IMG/VR virus record: IMGVR_UViG_2833096052_000002
Location: 38,750 to 102,749 of that record
DNA length: 64,000 nt
Strand: one strand, 5' to 3'
From: a virus
Taxonomy: Duplodnaviria > Heunggongvirae > Uroviricota > Caudoviricetes
Part shown: positions 27,658 to 37,378 of the stretch, one piece after another
How the letters are laid out: each line of letters starts with the position of its first letter
Position numbering within the stretch: the stretch's first letter is position 1
Program-made: the position numbers and the translations under genes
The notes under the pieces: generated by a model
What the model saw: only the letters and a program-made list of their open reading frames with translations
What the model was told of the DNA's origin: nothing
The model's database searches: none

Positions 27658-30258
27658 TTACTTATTCTCTCTTTTTTTCTCAATAATCTTTCTAATAAGA
27701 TCAATTGGAATAACCATAAACGCTAGAATTACAACTACTACCCAATGTTTGAAATCTAAAGCTGTGACCTTAATAAGATTTTCTGCAAAATTGCAAAGAG
27801 CAAACGTCATTACAAAAATTCCAATTGCAATGGCTGAAAATAACTTGTTCTTTCCAATGCCATTGAATAAATTAATATGCTCTGTACGAATGTTAAATCC
27901 ATTAAATACCGCCATGAAGCATAATAAAGCAAATCTCGCTGTTATAGCTTCTGTCTCAGTCACAAACATATTAGCAATTGGGCTAAATGTAATAATTCCA
28001 TAGAGTGCAATAAATGCTACTGTACTAATTGCAATACGTTTCTTTGCTCCTCTTATGAATAAGCCAGAACCTTTCTTGATAGGTTTCTCTGTCATATACT
28101 CATCTTTTGGAGGTTCACCACCAAATGATAATGAATTAAGAGAGTCCATAATGATATTTACAATCAGAATCTGAACCGATGCGAGTAATGCACCTGTTGC
28201 AATCATTGGATAAATAACACTAAGAATCAGAAGTGAAATATTGATAGGTAACTGGAATTCAAGAAACATCATAATATTGTGCATAAATGTTCTTCCAAGT
28301 TCTACTGCCTTTACAACGCTTGCAAAGTTATCATCTGTTAATACAATGTCTGAAGCTTCTTTTGCCACATCTGATCCACCTTGCATACCAAAACCCACAT
28401 CAGCTCTCTTTAAAGCAGGACTATCATTTACACCATCACCTGTCATTGCAACTGACTTTCCAATCTCTTGTGCTAATGTGACAAGTCTGAGTTTTGTGTT
28501 TGGTGAGCATCTTGAAATAACTCTCAATCGAGGAATTATACTCTTTACTTCATCATCTGACATCGCTTCAAATTCATCATTTGTAAGTGCTAAATCTCCA
28601 TCTTTGTAAATTCCACACTCTGTAGCAACTGCAACTGCTGTCTCAATACAATCGCCTGTAATTTCAATAACTTGAATACCAGCCTTATGTGCTATTTTTA
28701 CTGCACTCGGTACTTCATCTCTTACAGGATCTACAACACCAATAATTCCAAGGAATGTCATGTCATTTGGTATTTCATTCTCTACTAAATCACCATCTGC
28801 CATTGTAACTGCAATGCATCTCATCGCATTACTTGTCATTGCTGTAATTGCATTACTTAATGTGTCATTGTCGTTATTCTCTATAATTTCACCATTTGAG
28901 TCCATTACTTTTGTGCAATGCTCAATCAGTTTCTCAGGTGCGCCCTTATAATATGTAATTCCATCATTTGTTGTAAAAGCTGAATACTTATTACTACTAT
29001 TAAATACCTGCTTTAACCTAACTGGATATTTTTTCTGAATGTCAACATATGTTTCAGGATTTACAAGGCTAAGAACTGCTCTATCAATTGAATTACCACC
29101 TGTAATATTGTTTTCTGAATCAAATGTTGCACTATTATTTAAAGAAATGTTTGCCTTGATATTATTCCAAAGAACTGAATCCTTATTTACATCATTACCA
29201 AAGCCATCAATAATCTTCTTTGGAGTCATAATACCTGTCGTAAGAGTACCTGTCTTATCAGTACAGATAATATCAACATATGCTAACTCTGGAATTTTAC
29301 CAGGATTCTTAGCAAGAATATTGAATTTCTCCATCGTCTTTACATTTTGTTTTGTTACAAGTTTTACAATAAGAGGCAATCCTTCGGGAACAGCAGCTAC
29401 AATAATTGTTAATGCTACTGAGAAGTTCTGTGCGATTTTCTGAATAATATTCAGAACACCACCGCTAAAATATTCTCCAAATCCAACCTGTACAATTCCT
29501 GAAATTGTAAGTACCGCAAATGTAATAACGGCTGCGATTGTTCCCCACTTAGAAATGAAGTCGCTCAGATTATCAAGTGCAATATCAAGTGCTGTCTTTG
29601 GTGCTTCGAGTGTTTGCATTTTAACAAGTGTATCACCATTTACTGTATTTACACCTACATCAGTAACAATCATTTTTCCTTCGTCTGACATTACTGTTGT
29701 ACCAGCAAATAAGCAATTCTGATTCGTATAAGCATCTGTTGAAGTAGTTTTCTTATGAACGTATCCTTCAATTGGTGTTTTCTTGACCTCTTTTGTCTCA
29801 CCATTAATTGCAGCGTTGTTGACTGAAATTTTACCATCAACAAGATATCCATCTGCAAAAATTTCCTGTCCCATTCCGATACAACCGAGATCGCCAACTA
29901 CCAATTCATCCTTGTTAATTGTTTGAACTTTGCCATCACGAATTACATCACAATACCTGACTGATGTTTTGGCTCTCAACTCTGCTGCTGATTTTTGAAC
30001 ACCAAGTCCAGTCTTAACAGCAATACATGTTACAATTGCTAATACAACAAGAATCATAATTGGATCTGATAAATCCATTACCCCCATGACTCCAAGGAAT
30101 AACTGCAATACTGCAATTGCAATAAGAATCATTGTGATTTTCTCACTTAATGCCTTCTTTGCGAAGTCATACCACTTGTCCAACTTTGGTTCAGGAAGCT
30201 TATTACTTCCATGTAGTTCTCTACTTTTGAGAACTTCTTTACTACTCAATCCATTCAT
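27658..30258 (-). CDS. P-type cation-transporting ATPase, Ca2+-ATPase (type II) like
   Basis: phosphorylation motif ICTDKTGTLT, PEGLP in M4, KGAPE, DPVRDEV, hinge TGDGVNDSPALKRADVGFGM; 866 aa. Confidence 0.85.
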   Translation of the reverse strand: MNGLSSKEVLKSRELHGSNKLPEPKLDKWYDFAKKALSEKITMILIAIAVLQLFLGVMGVMDLSDPIMILVVLAIVTCIAVKTGLGVQKSAAELRAKTSVRYCDVIRDGKVQTINKDELVVGDLGCIGMGQEIFADGYLVDGKISVNNAAINGETKEVKKTPIEGYVHKKTTSTDAYTNQNCLFAGTTVMSDEGKMIVTDVGVNTVNGDTLVKMQTLEAPKTALDIALDNLSDFISKWGTIAAVITFAVLTISGIVQVGFGEYFSGGVLNIIQKIAQNFSVALTIIVAAVPEGLPLIVKLVTKQNVKTMEKFNILAKNPGKIPELAYVDIICTDKTGTLTTGIMTPKKIIDGFGNDVNKDSVLWNNIKANISLNNSATFDSENNITGGNSIDRAVLSLVNPETYVDIQKKYPVRLKQVFNSSNKYSAFTTNDGITYYKGAPEKLIEHCTKVMDSNGEIIENNDNDTLSNAITAMTSNAMRCIAVTMADGDLVENEIPNDMTFLGIIGVVDPVRDEVPSAVKIAHKAGIQVIEITGDCIETAVAVATECGIYKDGDLALTNDEFEAMSDDEVKSIIPRLRVISRCSPNTKLRLVTLAQEIGKSVAMTGDGVNDSPALKRADVGFGMQGGSDVAKEASDIVLTDDNFASVVKAVELGRTFMHNIMMFLEFQLPINISLLILSVIYPMIATGALLASVQILIVNIIMDSLNSLSFGGEPPKDEYMTEKPIKKGSGLFIRGAKKRIAISTVAFIALYGIITFSPIANMFVTETEAITARFALLCFMAVFNGFNIRTEHINLFNGIGKNKLFSAIAIGIFVMTFALCNFAENLIKVTALDFKHWVVVVILAFMVIPIDLIRKIIEKKRENK

Positions 30259-30387
30259 CTGTTTTACTCTCCTTTTCTATAATTTTTTATATATGAATGT
30301 TATTAGTTACATATCTATATTCTCTTTTTAATTTGGGAATTTTATTGAGCTGAATCGCTCAGAAATTTTTTACAATGAAACGAAGTT

Positions 30388-30606
30388 TTACTGTGGTTTC
30401 TGTTCTTCGTCTATAAAATATGTATTTCCATATTCATTGACTTTCTCGGTCAAATTCATTCTTGCATAATCAAGAACGTCTGATGCGAAATTTGCCATAC
30501 ACGGATAACATAGATAATGCTTAGTTTTTCCTACATTCATTTCTACTAATCCAACTTCTATTCTTCCGCAAATCTCACATGACTTATTTTTAATCCATTG
30601 ACTCAT
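30388..30606 (-). CDS. small zinc-ribbon protein
   Basis: CEICGR...CYPC. Confidence 0.35.
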   Translation of the reverse strand: MSQWIKNKSCEICGRIEVGLVEMNVGKTKHYLCYPCMANFASDVLDYARMNLTEKVNEYGNTYFIDEEQKPQ

Positions 30607-30632
30607 ATAACTCCGCTCCTCTCCTTTCTAAT

Positions 30633-30893
30633 TTACCAAATACCATTTACCGTCTTATCAATGGCTTCTCTCATCACTCCACCTGTCATTTTGTTCATTG
30701 TATCTGCAACAAGACCTTTGAATTCTGCTCTTATTCGCCTATTATAATGAGTACATGGCGTTGAACAATAATTATTTCTTCTACATTTTTCACAGTTGCC
30801 ATTCAATTTCCACTGTTCATTTTCCTGAATCTGTTCCATAATGTCCATAATGCCTTTCACCTCTCTTCCGAAGAAATCGAACATTCTTACCAA
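30633..30893 (-). CDS. small Cys-rich protein
   Basis: CEKCRRNNYCSTPC. Confidence 0.35.
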   Translation of the reverse strand: MVRMFDFFGREVKGIMDIMEQIQENEQWKLNGNCEKCRRNNYCSTPCTHYNRRIRAEFKGLVADTMNKMTGGVMREAIDKTVNGIW

Positions 30894-31096
30894 AACAGTT
30901 CTTCAAATTCGTAAAAATATTCTAGTGAATACCACTCTTCTTTACCTATATCATTTTTAACCTTTACACAATCTCCATCAAAACCAATTACCAAATATTG
31001 TTTCCCCTCTGTCAAATTAAACTGTTCACCTCTATTATTTGAAGTAACTGGTTTTCTAATGTGAACATTTGCTACATTATGCATAACACAATTCAT
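30887..31096 (-). CDS. small hypothetical protein
   Basis: ORF track. Confidence 0.35.
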   Translation of the reverse strand: MNCVMHNVANVHIRKPVTSNNRGEQFNLTEGKQYLVIGFDGDCVKVKNDIGKEEWYSLEYFYEFEELFW

Positions 31097-31434
31097 ATTT
31101 TTTTACCTTTCTTTCCAAAAAAAACAAACTTTACTCACGATTGCCTTCTCTTTCATAATTGTAAACACCAACTACTTTTGCTATTTCTATACAGCACTCA
31201 TAATCATCCAAATCAGGTGATTGTAATAACTCAATAATTTTATTTACTTTTTCTTCAGGACTCATTTTTCCACCTCTTATAAAACCTTACTTTCTTGTAA
31301 GCCTAATTATCAGTTCTACAAGTCTCTCCTTACTCATAGCATGTAAATGCTCTCTCTTCTCATCATCTGAGCAGTTCTCAATAATTTTTAAATCACTCTC
31401 TGGCATTTTTAATATCCTCCTTATATTTTTCTAA

Positions 31435-31509
31435 CTAGGCTGGTGGGACTTGAACCCACAAAACCTGCGGTCAAAGCGCAGTGCGTCTAACCAATTCCGC
31501 CACAGCCCA
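31435..31509 (-). tRNA. tRNA-Gln (anticodon UUG)
   Basis: Minus-strand cloverleaf: acceptor TGGGCTG/CAGCCTA with U1:A72 and G73 discriminator, anticodon arm CTGCG-CTTTGAC-CGCAG, T-arm GTGGG-TTCAAGT-CCCAC; CCA not encoded. Confidence 0.7.
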
Positions 31510-31552
31510 TTAGAGATGGTGTGGAATTTCGCCACACCAAGTTATTCTCTAT

Positions 31553-32431
31553 TTATTGGTCTGAATCAGCATTCTTTGTAACTACAGTATCGCTACCCTG
31601 TACTGTTACCCATCCATGTTTAAGCCTTGCTTCTGCCTCTTTCATACGAATGAGCTGATCAGTAATTGAGCTGTTAATCTTCGCATTTGCATCCGCTTCT
31701 GCCTGTGCTGCAATGACCTTTGCATCTGCATCACCCTGAGCTTTTGTAACCTCTGCCTCAGCATCGGCTTTTGCCTTATCAATATTTGTCTGATTCTGAA
31801 TTGCCTGAGTCTCTGCATCCTGCTGAGCCTTAATCTTAGCATTTATAGCTTTCATTGTATCTTTATCAACATCAATATTAATTAAAGATACGTTGCTAAT
31901 CGTAATGCCATATGGCTCAAATTTCTTTGCAAGATAATCTGAAACTGCATTGTTAATATTCGCTCTTTCAGAACCAAGAATGTCGGATACTTTGTAATTT
32001 GCAACAATCTCTTTAGTCCAAGAAACAATATTAGGTTTGATAAAACTATCTCTTACCTCTTTACCACTCTGACCTTTGAATCGGGTGAAAACGTCTGCAA
32101 CACTATTTGGCTTGTACTGATATGTATAAGTAAGCTCCAATGTCATTGACTTACCCTCTGATGAACTTGCTGTAAAACTATCATCGTCTGGTGAATCTCC
32201 CTTTTTAGAAGCTGTAAGATATGACTGCTCAAGACCAACTGTATATAATGTTGTTTTTACCATTGGACTCTTCCAATGCCAACCCTGATTAAGTACCTCT
32301 TTCTTTACTCCACCGTTTGCATTGTACTGAACTGCTACATAGCCAGCAGGTACTTTTACTAAAGATTTCATACATATGATTACTCCAATTACAAGTACAA
32401 TTACTACTACAAATCCTCCTAGTTTCTTCAT
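31553..32431 (-). CDS. SPFH/band-7 (stomatin/prohibitin-like) membrane protein
   Basis: N-terminal TM then VPAGYVAVQY... SPFH core; Ala/Gln-rich coiled-coil tail. Confidence 0.75.
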   Translation of the reverse strand: MKKLGGFVVVIVLVIGVIICMKSLVKVPAGYVAVQYNANGGVKKEVLNQGWHWKSPMVKTTLYTVGLEQSYLTASKKGDSPDDDSFTASSSEGKSMTLELTYTYQYKPNSVADVFTRFKGQSGKEVRDSFIKPNIVSWTKEIVANYKVSDILGSERANINNAVSDYLAKKFEPYGITISNVSLINIDVDKDTMKAINAKIKAQQDAETQAIQNQTNIDKAKADAEAEVTKAQGDADAKVIAAQAEADANAKINSSITDQLIRMKEAEARLKHGWVTVQGSDTVVTKNADSDQ

Positions 32432-32934
32432 TCTTTTGTCTCCTTTTCATCTTTATTTATTTCTTCTGTCACACTATTTTTTATTATCTTATAGACAAAT
32501 GAGCCTATTTTCGTAAAAAATGGTGACAGTAAAAACCATAATATTAATAGTCCTATAATGACCAAAATCATCAAAACCGACATTTGATTATCCTCCTATC
32601 TCAACAACAAATATTTTAACCAATCAGGTATATCAGCATTTACAACCATACTAAATATCCCAATGTTTACTAATATAGCGAATACTACAATTACTATAAA
32701 CATTCCTATAATGAACAATTTATCCTTCATATGTATTTATTCTCTCCTTGCCAACTCATATATCCAAGTATCAACAGTTTCTGTAAATTATTGCCATGAA
32801 AACCTGTTATATCGCAAAATGCACCAAGTATTTCTGTGTCTTCATGCGTTATTGCATGATAATTTACGCTGTTACATTCCTCTAAATGGTTCATGTTTCC
32901 GTTTTGAAAAAATGTATTATGTAATGTCTCATAT

Positions 32935-33129
32935 TCAGTATTCGTCATATTTTAACTCTTCCTTTGTATCAATTACCAATCTTACTATTCCAAATATCAG
33001 GCATATTATTGCCAGAACTATATCAATAACCATTAATCTGTAATGACCATGATTGTAGTTACTCATAATATGCGGAATGAGAAATCCACACCCGAAAAAT
33101 GCTATTTGCCTTACTATTAGTTTCATCAT
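32935..33129 (-). CDS. small membrane protein
   Basis: two hydrophobic helices; one of several tiny TM ORFs in 32428..33130. Confidence 0.3.
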   Translation of the reverse strand: MMKLIVRQIAFFGCGFLIPHIMSNYNHGHYRLMVIDIVLAIICLIFGIVRLVIDTKEELKYDEY

Positions 33130-33362
33130 TTCTACGCACCGTACCTTTCTAAATCAGCTAAAATCTTTTCTGCTTTAATATTGTGTTCGGTACATTTCTG
33201 TGATAATAAATTCATTATTGAAATATAAAATTTTATCACCGCAAGATGGAACTTAAATCTAACTTCATTCATATTCATTCTCCAAACATTTCATTCCGTA
33301 CAGCCATTCAGAAAATCCAATAATAGCTGCAACTAATGAAGCTTCCAAAATCCATTCCATAT

Positions 33363-33839
33363 CTATAACCTCTGATTTTTAGCAATTCTTTTAATCTTCA
33401 TATTCTCTGGAATATCCATTGGTCTGAAGTCAGATCTTATAATCCTTGATATAATTACTGGTTTAACACCGCATTTTGTATAACACATGACTATATCTCC
33501 TACAAATATGTTCTCCATAAACATATTCCATTTCTCGGATGTCGGCACTCTCCAGACATACTCTTTGTCCGTCTGCTGATTCGGATGTTTACCGTATATG
33601 TATGTAACAACTTTCTTATTCTGTCTTTCATATCTGTACTGCTTGACATCTTCTACGTCAAACTCTTTAAGTATTAAGTATCTTATATATCCATCTACCA
33701 ACTCTTTTTTATGATTGATAATAATTGGCTTGTCCAACTCCCCATACTTAAGGAAATATCTCTTTACTCTGTTCATCTTTGCCTCATTTGGTACAGACTC
33801 GGCAAGATAATCTGGGATTATAATGTCTGCTAACTTCAT
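33363..33839 (-). CDS. hypothetical protein, possible ParB/Srx-like fold
   Basis: ELVDGYIRYLIL resembles the ParB N-terminal DGxxR motif (weak). Confidence 0.35.
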   Translation of the reverse strand: MKLADIIIPDYLAESVPNEAKMNRVKRYFLKYGELDKPIIINHKKELVDGYIRYLILKEFDVEDVKQYRYERQNKKVVTYIYGKHPNQQTDKEYVWRVPTSEKWNMFMENIFVGDIVMCYTKCGVKPVIISRIIRSDFRPMDIPENMKIKRIAKNQRL

Positions 33840-33863
33840 ATTTATTTGTTCTCCTTTACGTAT

Positions 33864-35285
33864 TTATGCATTTGCCATCTTGTCAAAACTTCTTTTCATG
33901 AAGTCATAATTTACTTTCTGTGAAGGGCTAAATTTCTTTTGATTTTTGTATTTATTAATCCATTCCTCAAACTTGTCCTCATTCTCATTCTCACAAGCGT
34001 ATGCCATTAATGCTATTAAAGCTGTCTGACACTGTTGATAGATTGGAGCATCGACTTCAATTCCATTATGATCAAGGCAATAATCAACAAGGTCAGAATA
34101 AGTATTTACGTCCTCATCTGTTGCTTCTGGATTTGCGTTTTCTTGTACAAACGAGAGTGTTGATTCGTTGGAATTTTCAACCTCTAAAGTTCTTGATTTT
34201 ATTGTGTTTTTAAGGTCAAACATTTCCAACATAAGCGAAATATATGTATTTATCTTGTTTTGTATCAATTTTTTATCAGATGTACCAGGCTCTTTATCGA
34301 GCATGTCATAGCTCCATTTATCAACTATTTTGTCATGTAAATTGTTTACTAGCTCATCTAAAAACGTAGCAAATTTGCTATCTTCTAATCCCAACTTAGT
34401 GAATCTATGGAACACAGCAAACCAAACTGGGATATCTTTGAACACAAATAAGTTTTTGAATTTTTCTCCACAAACCTTTGCAATTCGATTTCCATATGTA
34501 TTAATTATGTTAAATTCTTCATCAGAAGAACTATCTTCAATAAACTCATTCCTGTCTTTTGGATTCTTTTTCCAATCATCTATATGGAATACGGTCATTA
34601 CAGAATTTGCAACTGTCTGCTCGTAAGTTCCATTTTTCCTCTTTGGACTTGAATATGTAACACAATTTTTAAAAAACTCATTGTTTGCAATGTTTTTAAT
34701 TTTTCTTGCATATGTAGGAATCCATGTAAGAGCTTTCTGGTTTGAACCCATACTCTTATTACGGTTATATCTGCGAACCAACTTGCTTATTTCTTGCATG
34801 GTACAATTTTGATGAATTACTATACGAATCTGATAATCATCAAATTTCTTTTTCAATTCATCAGGCAATTGCTCGTAAGTTTTATTCTTTATGTCAAACT
34901 CACAATTGTCCCAAAGAATACTTCCGTTCTCATCTTTAATAAGATGTCCCTTTTCATCTCTTCGCTTCTTCTGATACTGAATAACGCTATTCTCAAAAGA
35001 TTTAGTTGTTTTCCAGTTCATATGTCTGAATTTATTCAGAGCTGTTGTTCTCTGAATACCATCAACTATGTACTGTTGAGTTAAATTATCTCCAAGCTCT
35101 TCCTCACCAAGAATAATAGGAGGAATATAATCTTCATTAAGTACCGTATAGATTAGCTCGTTTATTGCTCCATTGTCCCAACAGAACATTCTCTGAACGT
35201 CCTGATTTTCTGAAATATCCTCACTATTTACACTCTTTAAATATGAAGATAATGCCATTGCTTGTTCTCTCACTTTTTTTGCCAT
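33864..35285 (-). CDS. DUF262 domain protein (GmrSD/DndB-type ParB-like NTPase/nuclease N-domain)
   Basis: QQYIVDGIQRTTAL = DGQQR signature of DUF262. Confidence 0.65.
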   Translation of the reverse strand: MAKKVREQAMALSSYLKSVNSEDISENQDVQRMFCWDNGAINELIYTVLNEDYIPPIILGEEELGDNLTQQYIVDGIQRTTALNKFRHMNWKTTKSFENSVIQYQKKRRDEKGHLIKDENGSILWDNCEFDIKNKTYEQLPDELKKKFDDYQIRIVIHQNCTMQEISKLVRRYNRNKSMGSNQKALTWIPTYARKIKNIANNEFFKNCVTYSSPKRKNGTYEQTVANSVMTVFHIDDWKKNPKDRNEFIEDSSSDEEFNIINTYGNRIAKVCGEKFKNLFVFKDIPVWFAVFHRFTKLGLEDSKFATFLDELVNNLHDKIVDKWSYDMLDKEPGTSDKKLIQNKINTYISLMLEMFDLKNTIKSRTLEVENSNESTLSFVQENANPEATDEDVNTYSDLVDYCLDHNGIEVDAPIYQQCQTALIALMAYACENENEDKFEEWINKYKNQKKFSPSQKVNYDFMKRSFDKMANA

Positions 35286-35314
35286 TGATTAATTCCTCCT
35301 ATATATATTGCCCA

Positions 35315-35899
35315 TTAATATCTCTGGGTTAAGATTCTTGTGTTCTCATAAGACTGAATTGCCTTTATATTATTTGAGTACTCTTTTGCACTCATATGTA
35401 AATATTCTCTGATTTCCATTGGTTTATATCCTTCAGAAAGCAACGCAACAATTTTCCTTTGCATATGCGATAGCTGATTTAAGTATCTCTGTATTTTTGT
35501 ACCACCCATCATACTTTGTGCTGCTATTTCAAAAGTATCAAAATCAGAAGGTATCATTTCACTGATTTCCATCCCATCTTCACCTATTAAAGCATTCATA
35601 CTTTCAATATTTTTCTGAGGGATTTTTTTTAATCTGTTTCTATCTCGTATTTCAGTTTTAAACTTGCGTTTAATGTTGCTTGCTAAGAAACAATCAAAAC
35701 TACATTTATTGTTCTCATCATACCTAAATACCGAATCGGTTAAAACTCCAAGTGCAATTGAATAGAAATCATCAATATCCATTCCATATAAACCACCGAT
35801 TTTATTTAACATTGGATTACACATTTTTTTGAGCTTTGCCATTTCGTTATTACAATACTTTTCGAGTATTTCTTTTTGTTGAATTTCCATTTTTACCAC
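35315..35899 (-). CDS. sigma-70 family RNA polymerase sigma factor
   Basis: C-terminal region-4 HTH LSHMQRKIVALLSEGYKPMEIREYLHMSAKEYSNNIKAI and region-2-like N-half. Confidence 0.6.
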   Translation of the reverse strand: MVKMEIQQKEILEKYCNNEMAKLKKMCNPMLNKIGGLYGMDIDDFYSIALGVLTDSVFRYDENNKCSFDCFLASNIKRKFKTEIRDRNRLKKIPQKNIESMNALIGEDGMEISEMIPSDFDTFEIAAQSMMGGTKIQRYLNQLSHMQRKIVALLSEGYKPMEIREYLHMSAKEYSNNIKAIQSYENTRILTQRY

Positions 35900-35921
35900 T
35901 CTCCTTATGTTTGATATATAA

Positions 35922-36542
35922 CTATTCTCCGTTTTCTACCTCGACTATTCGATATCTGTATTTACGACTAAATAATCCATTTATCGCTTTTTGTGTTCTT
36001 TCTTTGCTGACTTTAGTGGTATCCACTTCAACTATTACATTATGTATAATGACCATCTCATCCTTAAGATTTCGTCTATTTTTTCGATTGGTACGAATTC
36101 TCTTATAGAATATCCAACCTCTGTAGAGATCAACTGGCTTTTCCAACTCTACCTCATGTAAAATATCTATTAATTCTTCGTCAGCTCGCTTCAACTCAAT
36201 TTCGAGTTCTTTATATCTTTTGGCTGCATCACTGAGAATTCGTTCACATTCGCCAAACTTATCAATCCAAGACTTGACCGATTCAGCAACTTCATATCCA
36301 TCATTACCTTTAATTGAAGTTTTAGTTGCTTTAACAATTCTCTCAACTGGTGTTTCCATCTTAATATCAGGTATACATTCCAATTTAAAATGTAAACGTC
36401 TCATAGATTTTGGTAGATGTTCCAAAATATTCTCTGCCTTTTGCTTTGAAAATGTATCTCTAATTTTCTTTGAACAAGCAACTGGTTGTCCATTATTGAG
36501 CCTTATGTATACACCATTGTTGCTTACAATCGCGTATTCCAA
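35922..36542 (-). CDS. hypothetical protein (206 aa), basic C-terminal half
   Basis: ORF track; directly upstream of sigma factor gene. Confidence 0.45.
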   Translation of the reverse strand: MEYAIVSNNGVYIRLNNGQPVACSKKIRDTFSKQKAENILEHLPKSMRRLHFKLECIPDIKMETPVERIVKATKTSIKGNDGYEVAESVKSWIDKFGECERILSDAAKRYKELEIELKRADEELIDILHEVELEKPVDLYRGWIFYKRIRTNRKNRRNLKDEMVIIHNVIVEVDTTKVSKERTQKAINGLFSRKYRYRIVEVENGE

Positions 36543-36574
36543 TTTTCATCACCCTTTCTTCTTATTTATAACAA

Positions 36575-36630
36575 GAGGCATCAAGGAGTTGAACCTTACA
36601 CGATTGGCTTTCCTGTAAAGCTGATGCCTC
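36575..36630 (-). ncRNA. tRNA-like element with no anticodon arm (T-arm plus 8-bp acceptor-like stem)
   Basis: GAGGCATC...GATGCCTC closing stem; minus strand has AAGG-TTCAACT-CCTT T-arm-like hairpin and a GCTTT-ACAGG-AAAGC hairpin; only about 56 nt. Confidence 0.25.
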
Positions 36631-36764
36631 ATCCATCCGTTAGTGGATTAAACTATGGTAGAACTATAGCAACTACACATTCTGCTCTTACAAGGCAATA
36701 TGTATGTACAAAGAAACAAGTACCTTGCGTTCTGCACTTACATCGGGTGTGATTCAGTGCATAG

Positions 36765-36836
36765 CAGAGCTAGTTGGATTCGAACCAACGAATACAGCAG
36801 TCAAAGTGCTGTGCCTTACCGCTTGGCGATAGCCCT
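36765..36836 (-). tRNA. tRNA-Gln (anticodon UUG), second copy with different sequence
   Basis: AGGGCTA TC GCCAAGCGGTAAGGC A CAGCA-CTTTGAC-TGCTG TATTC GTTGG-TTCGAAT-CCAAC TAGCTCT G; D-arm identical to bacterial tRNA-Gln; A1:U72. Confidence 0.8.
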
Positions 36837-36978
36837 ATATTTTATTAAATTAAAATTAAATAAGTGAAAAATATGCTGAATTGCTTGAAATCATTTGACA
36901 TTCCGTCAATTTATATGTATTATAATTATGAGTGTATTCCAGTACGTTCATAATACAATTCAACTAAATATTTTTAGG

Positions 36979-37027
36979 AAAGTCGAGCTAGTGTTCCAGC
37001 ACTATGATGCTCGGCTTTCTCTTTTTG
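36979..37027 (+). terminator. plus-strand rho-independent terminator-like hairpin
   Basis: AAAGTCGAGC-(21 nt with inner TAGTG/CACTA stem)-GCTCGGCTTT followed by CTCTTTTTGT on plus strand. Confidence 0.4.
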
Positions 37028-37099
37028 TATTTCACATTTAATATAATAGAACGTCTGTTCGATTTTGTCAACACTTTCATCGAACATTCATTCTGTTTT

Positions 37100-37378
37100 T
37101 TATATGATATCACGTTGCGAGTCCCAAATTCTGCCCTCGCAACTACAAAATTTAATATTGTGTATCATTTCTGTATGAGATAAACTAATTCGATTGAATA
37201 CATTATTTGATAACCAATCAATCTCATCATCTGCTTTATTAATTATTCTCTTCCCTTCATCAGGTGTAATCTGTTTTGGCTTTGCATGAATAAACGTAAT
37301 TCCATTAAAGGAATCCAACCAGATTTTACCAGGAGCTTCGTCTATTAGTTGTTTTGCTTCTTCTTTGCTTATATACAT
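37100..37378 (-). CDS. hypothetical protein (92 aa), downstream of and overlapping MazF-like gene
   Basis: ORF track; 10-nt overlap with upstream gene. Confidence 0.4.
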   Translation of the reverse strand: MYISKEEAKQLIDEAPGKIWLDSFNGITFIHAKPKQITPDEGKRIINKADDEIDWLSNNVFNRISLSHTEMIHNIKFCSCEGRIWDSQRDII

